Counted from the stretch's first letter, positions 9,174 through 19,166 are shown. The stretch: 64,000 nucleotides of DNA from an uncultured Acidobacteriota bacterium (GCA_963777605.1 CAVZRV010000007.1:480001-544000), one strand, 5' to 3'. The notes: generated from the sequence alone by a model not told the origin. Numbers and translations: made by a program.

Positions 9174-10103
9174 ATGTCAGGTGGGACTCCTCACAATCTG
9201 GTTTATCACGCGGGCGCTCTCGGCGATTTCGTCACCACGTATCCGGCCCTGGTCTGGTGGAGGGAACTCTGGCCGGCCGACCACATAATCTTTCTCGGGC
9301 GTCGCACTCACGGAGACCTCGCCCAGGCAGCGGCCGTCGTCGATCAGGTAATCGACGTCGATGCTGCTGCTGCTCTTCGGTTCTTTGGTTCGGGCCCGGA
9401 CGTTGACGCACGGCCGGTCCCAATTGAGCGGTCTCTCCTCTTTACTCGATCGGGTTCTCCGGTCGAGACTGCCCTCTCCTGCTCTGGCTGCCATCAGATC
9501 ACCCGGCAAGATCCCTTCCCGGCCGAGCCCGAGCCCATTGTTGAGTTTCACCTTTCTCTCTTCCCGAATCATCCGCCCTTGAACCAACTCTACCAACCCC
9601 TGCGCACCCTGGCGGAACGAGAAGGAGGAAAGTTCAGGCAGAACACTCCAATGATCCTGGCGCATCCCGGTAGCGGCGGGCAGGCGAAGGTTTGGTCTGA
9701 CGCACGTTTCCTCGAACTGGCAACCCGCCTGAAGTCAGACGGTTTTCAGGTTGGATGGTGCCTGGGCCCAGCGGAAGAATCCCTTCTACCCTCACGATTC
9801 GATCCGGCTTATTCGAACCTCTCCCTCCCCGAACTGTGCGGACTCCTCTGGCGGGCACGGCTCTTCATCGGAAATGACGCGGGAGTGACCCACCTGGCTG
9901 CAGCCCTGGGAGTTCCGACCGTCGCACTCTTCGGCCCGTCTGACCGAGTCGTCTGGGCGCCCGTCGAGGCAGGCGGGCCGGTTGCGGTCCTTTCCCCAAC
10001 CGATCTTCAAGGCCGTCCAGTGACAGGAACGATGGACGAAATCCCGGTCGAAGTAGCCTACCAGGCCGCAACCCGACTGCTCGGATTGGATCCCAACGAT
10101 TGA
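9174..10103 (+). CDS. Glycosyltransferase family 9 (heptosyltransferase-like)
   Basis: GALGD, HPGSGGQAKVW and FIGNDAGVTHLAAALGVPTVALFGPS motifs. Confidence 0.9.
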   Translation: MSGGTPHNLVYHAGALGDFVTTYPALVWWRELWPADHIIFLGRRTHGDLAQAAAVVDQVIDVDAAAALRFFGSGPDVDARPVPIERSLLFTRSGSPVETALSCSGCHQITRQDPFPAEPEPIVEFHLSLFPNHPPLNQLYQPLRTLAEREGGKFRQNTPMILAHPGSGGQAKVWSDARFLELATRLKSDGFQVGWCLGPAEESLLPSRFDPAYSNLSLPELCGLLWRARLFIGNDAGVTHLAAALGVPTVALFGPSDRVVWAPVEAGGPVAVLSPTDLQGRPVTGTMDEIPVEVAYQAATRLLGLDPND

Positions 10104-10149
10104 ATCATCCGTCTCCCTTTTCGCATCGGTTACACTAGGAACAACGAAC

Positions 10150-11175
10150 ATGATGAGATCCACATTGTCCCGATCGCTTCAAGTCGCCTGGCTTTTCACA
10201 CTGCTGGTTCCGCTGAATCTGGTCCCGCTCCTCGCCGCGGGGGAAAAGGTCAACCTCGACGGCTATGCCGAGTATCACAAGGGGAAATACCTCATTGTCG
10301 AGGGCCAGAAAATCTGGACCACCAACCGTACGCGTTTCAAGGGCAAGGGCATATACGGCCTGGACATGATTTCCCTTGGTTACGAAGTAAAAGTCCGCGG
10401 GCGGAGACAGCCCGACGGGACAGTGCTGGCGGAGCAGGTCGAGGCCAAACCAAACGGAACCGCTCTTTTCGAGCCCGACGTGCTCAAGGCTACGGACCAG
10501 ATCGAAGACATTTGGGTCAAAGAAGGATCCATGTTCACGGAGGATTCAGCCGGGAAGCGGGTCGAGGTTGGAAAGATCCTTGACTCCGGTCCCGACGTCG
10601 AGCGCGTTCGCAGGATCATGGCCCGCCTGGTCCCGCCCTACATCAAGTCCGATGACCTGCGCGTCCGGGTTGTGGAGACCAAGGAATGGAACGCATCGGC
10701 CATGGGGAATGGTGCCATCTGGGTCTACAGTGGACTTCTCCACGACATGTCCGACGACGAACTGTCCATCATTCTCGGCCATGAGCTGGCCCATTACACT
10801 TACGAGCACTCCCGGAAAGGGGCCAAGTCGTCGATGCTGGCTCAGTTGCTGGGAATCGGGGCGGCAGTCGGAGGCCAGGCCATCGGCGGCGCAGCCGGCA
10901 GCGCTACCCAGATTGGCGGACTGCTTGGCATGGCGGCGTTCCAGAGTGGATACAGTCGGGACATGGAGGACCAGGCAGACCGGGTCGGCCTTCGCTATGC
11001 ATACGAGGGAGGATATGCGGTGTCGGAGGGACCGGTGCTGTGGGAACGGTTCCGCGAAAAATACGGCGAGTCCGATACCATCAGCAACTTCTTCGTCGGC
11101 AGCCACTCGCGGCCCAGCGACCGGATCAGAAACATTGAGCGCGAGATTGAACTTAATTACGCGCGGGCCCGCTAG
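10150..11175 (+). CDS. Exported M48-family metallopeptidase with N-terminal DUF5666-like domain
   Basis: Signal peptide; NASAMGNG, ILGHELAH, YSRDMEDQAD and SH-x-x-P motifs. Confidence 0.88.
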   Translation: MMRSTLSRSLQVAWLFTLLVPLNLVPLLAAGEKVNLDGYAEYHKGKYLIVEGQKIWTTNRTRFKGKGIYGLDMISLGYEVKVRGRRQPDGTVLAEQVEAKPNGTALFEPDVLKATDQIEDIWVKEGSMFTEDSAGKRVEVGKILDSGPDVERVRRIMARLVPPYIKSDDLRVRVVETKEWNASAMGNGAIWVYSGLLHDMSDDELSIILGHELAHYTYEHSRKGAKSSMLAQLLGIGAAVGGQAIGGAAGSATQIGGLLGMAAFQSGYSRDMEDQADRVGLRYAYEGGYAVSEGPVLWERFREKYGESDTISNFFVGSHSRPSDRIRNIEREIELNYARAR

Positions 11176-11202
11176 GTGCGTCCGCCATCCGGCTAACTGA
11201 CT

Positions 11203-11397
11203 ATGAATGACGGTGGCCCCAATAGTAAAAGGCCGAACTGCCGCCGCTGCCACAATTACTTCGTGACCTGGATCCCCGCCAAGCCCCATGGCTGCCGGGC
11301 ACTGAAATTCAGGTCGGCCCTGGAACCCAGCCTGGTGGTGTTCCAGTGTTCGGGAATGCCCTGCCGTCTTTTCCGGGCCAAGACACGCCCGGATTGA
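11203..11397 (+). CDS. Small Cys-rich conserved hypothetical protein
   Basis: 64 aa with CxxC...YFVTW...P.GC...F.S..PS..V...SG..C; a recurrent small family of unknown function. Confidence 0.65.
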   Translation: MNDGGPNSKRPNCRRCHNYFVTWIPAKPHGCRALKFRSALEPSLVVFQCSGMPCRLFRAKTRPD

Positions 11398-11407
11398 CTT
11401 TGGTCAT
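11394..11407 (+). promoter_or_regulatory. Putative FNR/DNR-type binding site upstream of the ywiC-like gene
   Basis: TTGAC-TTTG-GTCAT near-palindrome about 53 nt before ATG 11454, with a CAAACT -10-like hexamer at 11431. Confidence 0.45.
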
Positions 11408-11453
11408 TGCCGGACGGAGATGGTTCGCTTCAAACTGGGTTCCGTAAATCATC

Positions 11454-12260
11454 ATGAAGAAGAAACTCGGAATCCCAATTCCCGGTGAACATGGCGCGTG
11501 GGCGGTCCTGTATGCCTCTTTTGCCGTCGGGTGGGCTGCCTCGGACCCGGCTTTCGACGTCAAGATTATCCTCCTCCTGATCTCCGTCTCCGGCCTATTT
11601 CTCTCCCATGAGCCGCTGGTCAAGCTCCTCCGGGCAAGGAAGCATGGGGCCCCTTCAGAGAACCGCCTGCACTGGGTCAAATGGATGGGGATCTACCTTT
11701 CGGCAGCCCTCCTTGCCGGAGCGATCCTCCTCTTTGTCTATCAGCGTTGGATCTTGCTGGCCGGGGGACTACTGGCTGCAGTCCTCTTCTCGATTCACCT
11801 CCGCCTCGCTTTCCGACGCCGGGACCGAAACCTGGCGGGTGAGGTTCTCGGGATCATGGGGCTTACCCTGACCGCTCCGGCGGTGGCGATCACGGCTGTC
11901 GGGCATGTCGATAGCCGTGCCCTGCTGGTATGGCTCTCCTGTATCCTCTACTTCGCCAGTGGGATCTTCTACGTGAAGATGCGCGTCAGTCATCGGCTCA
12001 AGCCGGTCCACTTTTCCCTGCGGAAGCGGCAGTGCCTGGCTTACCACGCCGTTCTCCTGGTTCTGCTGATCGTGGCCTCGATCCTCCTTCAGCTTCCCGC
12101 CCTGATGCTGCTGGGCTTCGTCCCGATCATCACCCGGGCCGTCTGGCACGCGTTCCGCCCGGGAGGCACTCTGGACCTGAAGCAGATCGGCTATCGCGAA
12201 GTCCTTTACACGGTCATCTTTGCGATCTGCTCGGGCGTCGGCTGGATTGTGGCGGGATGA
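11454..12260 (+). CDS. YwiC-like integral membrane protein
   Basis: N-terminal P-x-EHGAWA, multiple TM helices, FYVK and C-terminal KQIGYRE motifs. Confidence 0.85.
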   Translation: MKKKLGIPIPGEHGAWAVLYASFAVGWAASDPAFDVKIILLLISVSGLFLSHEPLVKLLRARKHGAPSENRLHWVKWMGIYLSAALLAGAILLFVYQRWILLAGGLLAAVLFSIHLRLAFRRRDRNLAGEVLGIMGLTLTAPAVAITAVGHVDSRALLVWLSCILYFASGIFYVKMRVSHRLKPVHFSLRKRQCLAYHAVLLVLLIVASILLQLPALMLLGFVPIITRAVWHAFRPGGTLDLKQIGYREVLYTVIFAICSGVGWIVAG

Positions 12261-12303
12261 TCGTCTCCGGCACCGGGTTGCAGGCTGCACTCGACACCGC
12301 GGG

Positions 12304-12990
12304 TCACAGCCCTTCAACGTGGTCCCTCAACCCCTGCCGGTCGATCAGTTCCACGACCCGTCCGCGCTTGCGGATCCAGCCTTCTCGTTGAAGACGAGCG
12401 AACGACCTCGAAATAACTTCGCGCACACTGCCGATCAAGTCCGCGAGTTCCTGGTTGGTGTGCTCCAGGTGAAACGAAGTTCCGTCCCCGCTTCCGGTTC
12501 CCCGGTTCAAGAGGTACTCGGCAAGTCGCTGGCTCACGCCGCGCAGCGCCAGATCCTCGACCATGCCGGTGGCTTTTCGAAGCCGGCCGGCCAGGACCCT
12601 CAGAGCCTTCAGGGCCACCTGCGGATGCTGCAGGCAGAATGACTTCACCGCATCCTTGGGAATCAGGAGCAGGACGCTGTCCTCCACAGCGAAAACCGAA
12701 GAGGGGTAGGACCCGTCGTCGAAAACGGCTACTTCCGGGAAGGTCGATCCGGGAACGTCCTCGTGAATAATTTGTTCGCGACCGTCAGATCCGTGTCGGA
12801 TCGCTCGAGTGCGGCCTTCAACGACCACAAAGAGGCCCCTGCAGGCGTCTCCGGCGGAAAAGAGGAGATCGCCCGCGTTCAACTCAAACCTGCGCCCCTT
12901 CGACGCGAGCCGGAGCAGATCATCGAAGTCAACATCTGAAAAGAGCCGTGTCCGCGAGAGGGCGCCCGCCCAACTTTTATTCATCCCCAT
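12304..12990 (-). CDS. Crp/Fnr-family transcriptional regulator (no FNR Cys cluster; DNR/HcpR-like)
   Basis: cNMP-binding domain (GDLLFSAGD, F-x-EVAVF) and HTH TNQELADLIGSVREVISR. Confidence 0.92.
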   Translation of the reverse strand: MGMNKSWAGALSRTRLFSDVDFDDLLRLASKGRRFELNAGDLLFSAGDACRGLFVVVEGRTRAIRHGSDGREQIIHEDVPGSTFPEVAVFDDGSYPSSVFAVEDSVLLLIPKDAVKSFCLQHPQVALKALRVLAGRLRKATGMVEDLALRGVSQRLAEYLLNRGTGSGDGTSFHLEHTNQELADLIGSVREVISRSFARLQREGWIRKRGRVVELIDRQGLRDHVEGL

Positions 12991-13044
12991 GCCTCCACAG
13001 CGCAGGCGGCCCCCAGTGTCCTGTCACCAGGGTCAACCGACAAT

Positions 13045-13905
13045 TCAGACACCGACTCTCACTACCTCAGCCATGAAGCTCTCGGGATCGACCGGGTTGG
13101 AATCACGCTCCGACACCATTGTCAACGGTCCCAACTGCGACGGGCGGCCGTGGACGCCACCGACAACACCCCCACCGATCAGCAACCACGGCGATTCATC
13201 GCCATGATCGGTCCCCGCCCAGGCATTCTCTTCGACACTACGACCGAACTCCGTTGCGACCAGGATCAGGACATCCGCGATTCGCCCTTCCCGGATCAAC
13301 TGCAGGGTCAACCGCGTGACGGCGTCCGAGACAGCCTTCAGCAATCCGCCGTGCCACCCGTCTCCCCGGCCCTGTCGGACATGGGTGTCAAATCCACGGA
13401 GCCCCAGCCTGAAAAACTGGTTCGGACGGGTTCCGGCAATCCGTCCGATCTTCGCGGCTCGCTGCTGAAACTCCTCAACCCCCGGGCAGGTCACGGCATC
13501 CGGGTCGTCCAGCTTGCGATTCAGAAGAATCCGGCTCCATCGGCTTCGGGCTCCGTAATGGGTCCCGGCGGGCTGCTCAAAGCCGACACCCTGCAGGACG
13601 GCTACCAACCCGCGGCTAAAGAGATCGTAAATCCCGGACAACGACTCCGGGAACCCAACGGTATCGTTGAGGGGAAGAACCCGATCCGGGGGAACTGAGG
13701 TGTGTGGCCGCCGTCGGTAATACCAGTCATTCCGGAAGGGGACGAGCAGGTTCAGCCCGTCGCAGCCACCCACCATCTCGAGAAGGACAATGGTGCCTCC
13801 CTGGTTCCAGCCGTCCCACAGGCACAATCCAGTTGCGCCTCTATCCCGCGGACGAGACGCCGCCAAGACTGCTGGCAGGGCGCCGATAAATTCTCTTCGT
13901 CTCAT
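13045..13905 (-). CDS. DUF1501-family protein with Tat-like signal (shortened)
   Basis: MRRREFIG start; GGCDGLN, GFDTH and TEFGR...EN...GTDHG motifs. Confidence 0.82.
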   Translation of the reverse strand: MRRREFIGALPAVLAASRPRDRGATGLCLWDGWNQGGTIVLLEMVGGCDGLNLLVPFRNDWYYRRRPHTSVPPDRVLPLNDTVGFPESLSGIYDLFSRGLVAVLQGVGFEQPAGTHYGARSRWSRILLNRKLDDPDAVTCPGVEEFQQRAAKIGRIAGTRPNQFFRLGLRGFDTHVRQGRGDGWHGGLLKAVSDAVTRLTLQLIREGRIADVLILVATEFGRSVEENAWAGTDHGDESPWLLIGGGVVGGVHGRPSQLGPLTMVSERDSNPVDPESFMAEVVRVGV

Positions 13906-14010
13906 GATTCCAGCCGATTCGTTTAGCCTGATCCTACCATGGGCTACGAACCATGTCAGACGGCTCCCATATTTTGGGCGAGAGGAGAAACCGGGTACCG
14001 GAGGCTGTCC

Positions 14011-14781
14011 GTGCAAAAACTCGTTGTCGCCAACTTCAAAGGCGGTGTGGGGAAAACCACGCTGGCCGTCAATCTGTCGGTTCAACTCTCTCACCGCATG
14101 AAGCGGAAGGTCCTTTTGGTCGACACTGACCCCAGCGCCAACGTCACCGCCCAACTGAAAGTCAGGGCCACGCACGCTCTCTCCGACCTGATCCTCGGCG
14201 AGGTCGAGGCCGAACAGGCAATCGTTCCGGTGCCGGATTTTGGATCCCTCTTTGTACTCCCTTCATCGCGGGCGACGCAGGCGACCGAAATGCGGATTGC
14301 TTCTCAGGTTGGCCGGGAACGAATTCTGGCTCGACGACTCCGGGGGTTGCGCGATTTTGACTACGTCATCTTCGACACGCCACCTTCGATTTCGATCATG
14401 GCCCAGAATGCCTTCGTCTGTGCCCGGCAGGTCCTGATCCCCGTTTCGATGGACCCGATGAGCCTGCTCGGAGCTTCCAATACCTTGGGCTTGCTGGAGG
14501 AAGTGCGAGAGGGACTCGACGTCCCCTGTTCCGTGATCGGGATCGTTCCCACGTTCGTGGATCACCGACTGATCATCACACGAGTCGTCATGGAAGCAAT
14601 CGACAAACGCTTTAAAGGAATCCCCATCCTGAACGAGATCCGTTCCGATACGGCGGTTCGTAAAGCCACCGCCTCCCAGGTCCCCATCGTCGAATACGCC
14701 CCCCGTTCGCGAGCGGCCGAGGATTTCGGACGCCTGGCCCGGCATCTCGAAGCCACTCTGGCGAAGGAGCAAAGTGCATGA
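14011..14781 (+). CDS. ParA/Soj-family ATPase (orphan)
   Basis: GTG start after GGAGG; deviant Walker A KGGVGKTT, VDTDPSAN and FDTPPS motifs. Confidence 0.92.
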   Translation: MQKLVVANFKGGVGKTTLAVNLSVQLSHRMKRKVLLVDTDPSANVTAQLKVRATHALSDLILGEVEAEQAIVPVPDFGSLFVLPSSRATQATEMRIASQVGRERILARRLRGLRDFDYVIFDTPPSISIMAQNAFVCARQVLIPVSMDPMSLLGASNTLGLLEEVREGLDVPCSVIGIVPTFVDHRLIITRVVMEAIDKRFKGIPILNEIRSDTAVRKATASQVPIVEYAPRSRAAEDFGRLARHLEATLAKEQSA

Positions 14782-15059
14782 AGAAAATTGAACTGTCGGA
14801 AGACTTCTTCTCCGGCATGGACCGAAAGAAAAGTAGCTCAGCCCAAGCGGGTCCAACCCGGCGCGAAGTCCAGGCCGTCAAGACCATTCTGGGGACCCAA
14901 CCACGGCCTCGGTCTCAGTCGAAGCCCCGCACGTCACATCCTCCAAACCGGCCGAGCCTCGGGACATTGCTGAGCCTCCCGTTTACGATGGCCGGTCACA
15001 TGATGAACCTGTGCGCCTCGGCGATCCGGGCGACCTTCCCGCCATTCAACCGGCGCTGA
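14778..15059 (+). CDS. Hypothetical protein, translationally coupled to ParA
   Basis: ATGA overlap with the ParA stop and an AAGGAG RBS; 93 aa. Confidence 0.65.
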   Translation: MKKIELSEDFFSGMDRKKSSSAQAGPTRREVQAVKTILGTQPRPRSQSKPRTSHPPNRPSLGTLLSLPFTMAGHMMNLCASAIRATFPPFNRR

Positions 15060-15188
15060 CAGAAAACCCAACTCTTGACCACCCGTTCTTGAACTCCCAG
15101 TCGCCAGGAACGCAAGGGTTCTTTGACTTCAAAGCCAATCTTGGCATCCCTGACAACTTCGGAATTCCCCCCGGAACCCGAAACACCC

Positions 15189-16664
15189 CTAAGGTTTGAT
15201 CGGTTCCAACGTCATGGGATCCCGCAGGGGAAGGTGGGTGATCTCGCCGAAATTCTGGAAGCTCGCCTCCGGGTGATCCGGGTGACCCTTCAAAATCTCT
15301 TCGGCGTTGCCCACCACCAGGATGACCAACCGGTCGGGATGGATGTACTTTCTCGCTGCCTCCTGAATGCTGGCCTGATTGACCTTGGCAACGTTGTCCC
15401 GGTAATCGGTCCAGTACGAGTGCGGACGTCCCACCAGTTCGTCTCCGGCATAGAGAGCCGCCGTCTGGATGGCGCTCTCGAACCGGTTGGGAAAGGTTTG
15501 AATAAACGAGTTCCTGGAGGTCTCCAGCTCTTCCTCTCCAACTCCCTGATCCCGCAACTTCTTCATCAGTTCGATTGAAATCTGGGCCGCCCGCGCACAG
15601 GTGGAGGATTTGGACTGAAAGTAGGCCCGGAAGGTGCCCGGATACGTGTTGTTGATGCCGAAACTGGAGCCGGCGGAATAGGCCAGACCTTCATCCGAGC
15701 GCACCCGGGACGTGATCCAGGAGGTAAAGCCTCCGCCGCCCAGGATGTCGTTTCCGACGGTCAGAGAAAATTCGTCGGGAACCGGTCGCATCAAGCCCAT
15801 GTGGCCGATCGAGACGCGGCCCTGGTTGACCTCAGGCTTGTCCACAACATAAACGCCTGGTTTGACCTCTTGAGTCGGTTGCGGCACCTTCGGCGCAACT
15901 TCTCCACGGTCTCCGATCGTTCCAACCGTCCGGTTCAGCCGGGCAATCATCTCCGCCCGGTCGAAATCACCTGCCACTGCCACCACGATGTCTTTGGGGT
16001 TCAGAAGCCTGTTCTGGAAGGCGACCAGGTCGGCCCGCTGGATCGAATCCAACGAAGCCCTGGTTGGAAGTCGATTGAGCCAGTAGTCCTCCCCGTAGAG
16101 CAACCGGCTCCACTCCCGTCCCTCGATGGCAGCGGTGCTGTCGTTGCGCTCCTTCATAGCTGAGAGCAGGTCTTCCTTTGATTTCGCCAGTCGCGAATCG
16201 TCGAACCGAGGTCGCAAAAGGACGTCCATGAACAGCTGAAGGCCATGATCGAGATCCTTCGAGAGCAGGTTCATCGAGACACTCCCGGTGGTGCCTCCAA
16301 TCGACGTACCCAGCCGGGCAGCGAGAAAATCGATTTCCTCGTCCAGTTCAGCCGGCCCAAGATCTCCCGCTCCTCCGGTTCTCCAGACCATACCTGTGAG
16401 ATCGGCGAGCCCTTCCATTCCGGCTGTTTCGAGATACTGTCCTCCACGAAAGTAGAGCTGGACAGTCACCAGCGGGAACTGTCTATCCGCCAGGATGTAA
16501 ACCGGAATGCCGTTGGTCAGCTCCACTCTCATGGCCGCGGCATCCGGCACCTTGAAGCTGATGGGAGGAAATTCCAGCTTCTCGGGCCGATCGGGGATCT
16601 CGCCGGCGAAAACCGCCAGCACCGTGCAGAGAAGGACAATCGGCATCAGGATTCTTGCTCTCAT
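15189..16664 (-). CDS. M16 peptidase family, non-catalytic subunit (exported)
   Basis: Signal peptide; LTNGIPVY, GGGGFTS.I...VRSDEGLAY motifs; no HxxEH. Confidence 0.88.
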   Translation of the reverse strand: MRARILMPIVLLCTVLAVFAGEIPDRPEKLEFPPISFKVPDAAAMRVELTNGIPVYILADRQFPLVTVQLYFRGGQYLETAGMEGLADLTGMVWRTGGAGDLGPAELDEEIDFLAARLGTSIGGTTGSVSMNLLSKDLDHGLQLFMDVLLRPRFDDSRLAKSKEDLLSAMKERNDSTAAIEGREWSRLLYGEDYWLNRLPTRASLDSIQRADLVAFQNRLLNPKDIVVAVAGDFDRAEMIARLNRTVGTIGDRGEVAPKVPQPTQEVKPGVYVVDKPEVNQGRVSIGHMGLMRPVPDEFSLTVGNDILGGGGFTSWITSRVRSDEGLAYSAGSSFGINNTYPGTFRAYFQSKSSTCARAAQISIELMKKLRDQGVGEEELETSRNSFIQTFPNRFESAIQTAALYAGDELVGRPHSYWTDYRDNVAKVNQASIQEAARKYIHPDRLVILVVGNAEEILKGHPDHPEASFQNFGEITHLPLRDPMTLEPIKP

Positions 16665-16665
16665 A

Positions 16666-18408
16666 TCAGTTCCCTCCCTCAGATGACTTCAATTCGTCGA
16701 TTCGTTCCTGGATTTTTCGCGCCAGATACTCCACCGCAGGTTTCATCTGGGGAGGCACCTGGGACAACATCTGCTGGGTTTGTGCCAGTCCGGCCTCGAG
16801 CTTTGAAGAGTCGGTCTCTGCCTGGATCTGGTTCAACTGGGCCTTGATCATCTGCTGGACCTGGGGAGGCATGGCGGCCAGTTCCGGATCCTCCGGCTCG
16901 GTTCCACTCTTCCGTTGGTACCAGGCGATGTTCTGGTTGTCTTCGGTCAGGTACTGTTCCGCGACAGTCTGAATCTGCTCGGCGGTCACGGCCTGGAGCC
17001 GGGCGGACGAATCGTTCAGATAATGCCAGTCGCCACTGGCGTCGTAGAAAAGCAACTGCACAAGAAGAAAGAAGTTGCTCTGCAACCGGCGGAATGAATC
17101 GGCAAGCTCGTTGTTCTTGAGCTTCTGCAACTCGTGATCGCCGATCAGGTCGGACTTGAGTTTCTCGACTTCCTCGAGGATTGCGGCTTCCACCTCCTGG
17201 TGAGTCCGGCCGTCCTTCACTTCGGCGGAAATCACCAGGGACCCGGCATACTTCTGGGTGTCCAGGCTGGCTCTGGGCTGCCCTACTGCGACCTGCTTGT
17301 CTTCCACCAGGGCCTTGTAGAGGCGGCCGGTACGGCCATTGAGAGCGGAGACCAGGAGTTCCAGGGGGAAAGTGTCCTTGTTGTTGAAGGCAGGGGAATG
17401 AAACTCGACCGTGACACTCGGGTTGGTATCCGCTTCACCCACCAGCCGCTTCGCGGCCCGCTGCGGGATCTCAAAGGTGATCATTTCCGGAGGATCGACC
17501 TTACCCCGCGGAATCCGGCCGAAGTAGCGTTCCGCCATCGCCACCGCGTCGTCTCCGTTGACGTCACCTACAATGACCGCCGTTACGTTGTTGGGAGCGT
17601 AGAAGATGTTGAAGTAGTCTTCAGCCTGTTGTCGGGTGATCGATTCCACGTCGGACGCCCACCCGATCACCGGCCAGGTGTACGGAATCGACTGCCAGAA
17701 CATCGCCCGGAACTGTTCGTCGAGTTCCCCGGTCGGAGTGGACTCGACGCGCAGGCGCCGCTCCTCACGGACCACGTCCCGCTCGGAGTAGAACTCCCGG
17801 AACACCGGGTTCAGCAGGCGGTCCGACTCCAGCCACATCCAGAGTTCGAGCTTGTTGGATGGAACGGTGATGAAGTAGAGCGTCAAGTCCTCAGTAGTCC
17901 CGGCATTCAGACCGGCTCCGCCTTCACGAGTATAGATCTGATCGAGCTCATCTTTGACGATCAGCTTCTTCTCTTCGGCGAAAGACTTTTCCAGTTCCGC
18001 CCGAAGCTCCTTGAGACGATCGGTCCGATTATCCGGGTCGTAGATGCTGCCTGAAATCTCGCCGAGCAGAAGTTTCTTCCTCAGGAGGCTGTACTCCTTT
18101 TCCATTTCGGCGAAGATGGCATCCTGCTGACGCTGGATCTCCATCCCCTTTTCGTAGTCCTTGGTCCCGATCGTCTTGGTCCCCTTGAACATCATGTGTT
18201 CAAAAAGGTGAGAAATGCCCGTGATTCCGGGCCTCTCGTTGACCGACCCAACGTGGGCCACCCACCCGCAGGCGATCGTGGGAGAATCGTGGCGTTCGAC
18301 AACGAGCAGCGTCATGCCATTGGAAAGGGTCTCTTCCCTGACATCAACCTGCTGCGCCCAAGCCGAAACCACCAACCAGGGTAAAAGCAGCAACCCAATT
18401 CGCTTCAT
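16666..18408 (-). CDS. M16 peptidase family, catalytic subunit (exported)
   Basis: Start MKRIGLLL (signal peptide); GISHLFEHMMFKGT inverted zinc motif, EERRLR and YAPNN. Confidence 0.92.
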   Translation of the reverse strand: MKRIGLLLLPWLVVSAWAQQVDVREETLSNGMTLLVVERHDSPTIACGWVAHVGSVNERPGITGISHLFEHMMFKGTKTIGTKDYEKGMEIQRQQDAIFAEMEKEYSLLRKKLLLGEISGSIYDPDNRTDRLKELRAELEKSFAEEKKLIVKDELDQIYTREGGAGLNAGTTEDLTLYFITVPSNKLELWMWLESDRLLNPVFREFYSERDVVREERRLRVESTPTGELDEQFRAMFWQSIPYTWPVIGWASDVESITRQQAEDYFNIFYAPNNVTAVIVGDVNGDDAVAMAERYFGRIPRGKVDPPEMITFEIPQRAAKRLVGEADTNPSVTVEFHSPAFNNKDTFPLELLVSALNGRTGRLYKALVEDKQVAVGQPRASLDTQKYAGSLVISAEVKDGRTHQEVEAAILEEVEKLKSDLIGDHELQKLKNNELADSFRRLQSNFFLLVQLLFYDASGDWHYLNDSSARLQAVTAEQIQTVAEQYLTEDNQNIAWYQRKSGTEPEDPELAAMPPQVQQMIKAQLNQIQAETDSSKLEAGLAQTQQMLSQVPPQMKPAVEYLARKIQERIDELKSSEGGN

Positions 18409-18469
18409 GAGATAGTTCCTCAATTTGAGACTTGCGTCTTCTGACAAGTCCAAGGCCCTGTGGACGAAG

Positions 18470-19114
18470 CTACTCAACCAGCTTCGCTTGAACAATGTAA
18501 TCGAGCTTGGGAAAGTTCTCCCTGAGGTAGGAGTTCCCCTCCTCGGTGATCTGGTCCTGAGAGGGTCCGGGCCCGTTCGGAGCGCCCTCGCCATAGCCCC
18601 CATAGAGAGAATCGACGACGTCCAATCCCTGAGCCACTCGGCCGAAGGGGGAAAACTTCATCTGATCGAGACGGCCATTGTTCGCCAGGTTGATGAAGAG
18701 CTGAGTCGTTCTCGTGTTCGGACCAGCCGTGGCAAAGGTGATGTATCCGCGCAGGTTGGACGTTCTGACGGGATCGTCCGGAATAGTGGCATCTTTCCAC
18801 TTGGCGTTGACTTCGGGATCGCCACTGAGTCCAAACTGGGCCACAAAGCCGTTGATCACCCGAAAAAAGGCCGTGTCGTTGAAGAAGCCGGCCTTCACCA
18901 GGTTGTAAAACCGATCGGCACCACGGGGCGCCCAGTCGCGGACCACCTGCACGGTAAACGGCCCTTTGGTTGTCTCGAACGTGACCTTGAACTGGTCCGG
19001 GGCCTGTTCCGACGCCGCGTCGGGATTGAGAAGCGGAGTCTGGTCACTGGCGCAGGAAGCCAAGGAGAGAATCACGCAGGACAAGAGTATCAGGGTGATG
19101 ACTCGCAAACGCAT
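18470..19114 (-). CDS. Cyclophilin-type peptidyl-prolyl isomerase (lipoprotein)
   Basis: Lipobox LASC; FFRVINGFVAQFG, RTTQLFINL and F.PFGRV motifs. Confidence 0.92.
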   Translation of the reverse strand: MRLRVITLILLSCVILSLASCASDQTPLLNPDAASEQAPDQFKVTFETTKGPFTVQVVRDWAPRGADRFYNLVKAGFFNDTAFFRVINGFVAQFGLSGDPEVNAKWKDATIPDDPVRTSNLRGYITFATAGPNTRTTQLFINLANNGRLDQMKFSPFGRVAQGLDVVDSLYGGYGEGAPNGPGPSQDQITEEGNSYLRENFPKLDYIVQAKLVE

Positions 19115-19166
19115 AGGTACTCCAGGCAATACTGAAATGTAAACGAATTTGAAAGATTTTATGATA

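Noticed and set aside
13906-14175. Long N-terminal extensions of the DUF1501 and ParA ORFs
   Set aside because: They overlap each other. Better starts exist at 13905 (Tat-like MRRREF) and 14011 (GTG with GGAGG).
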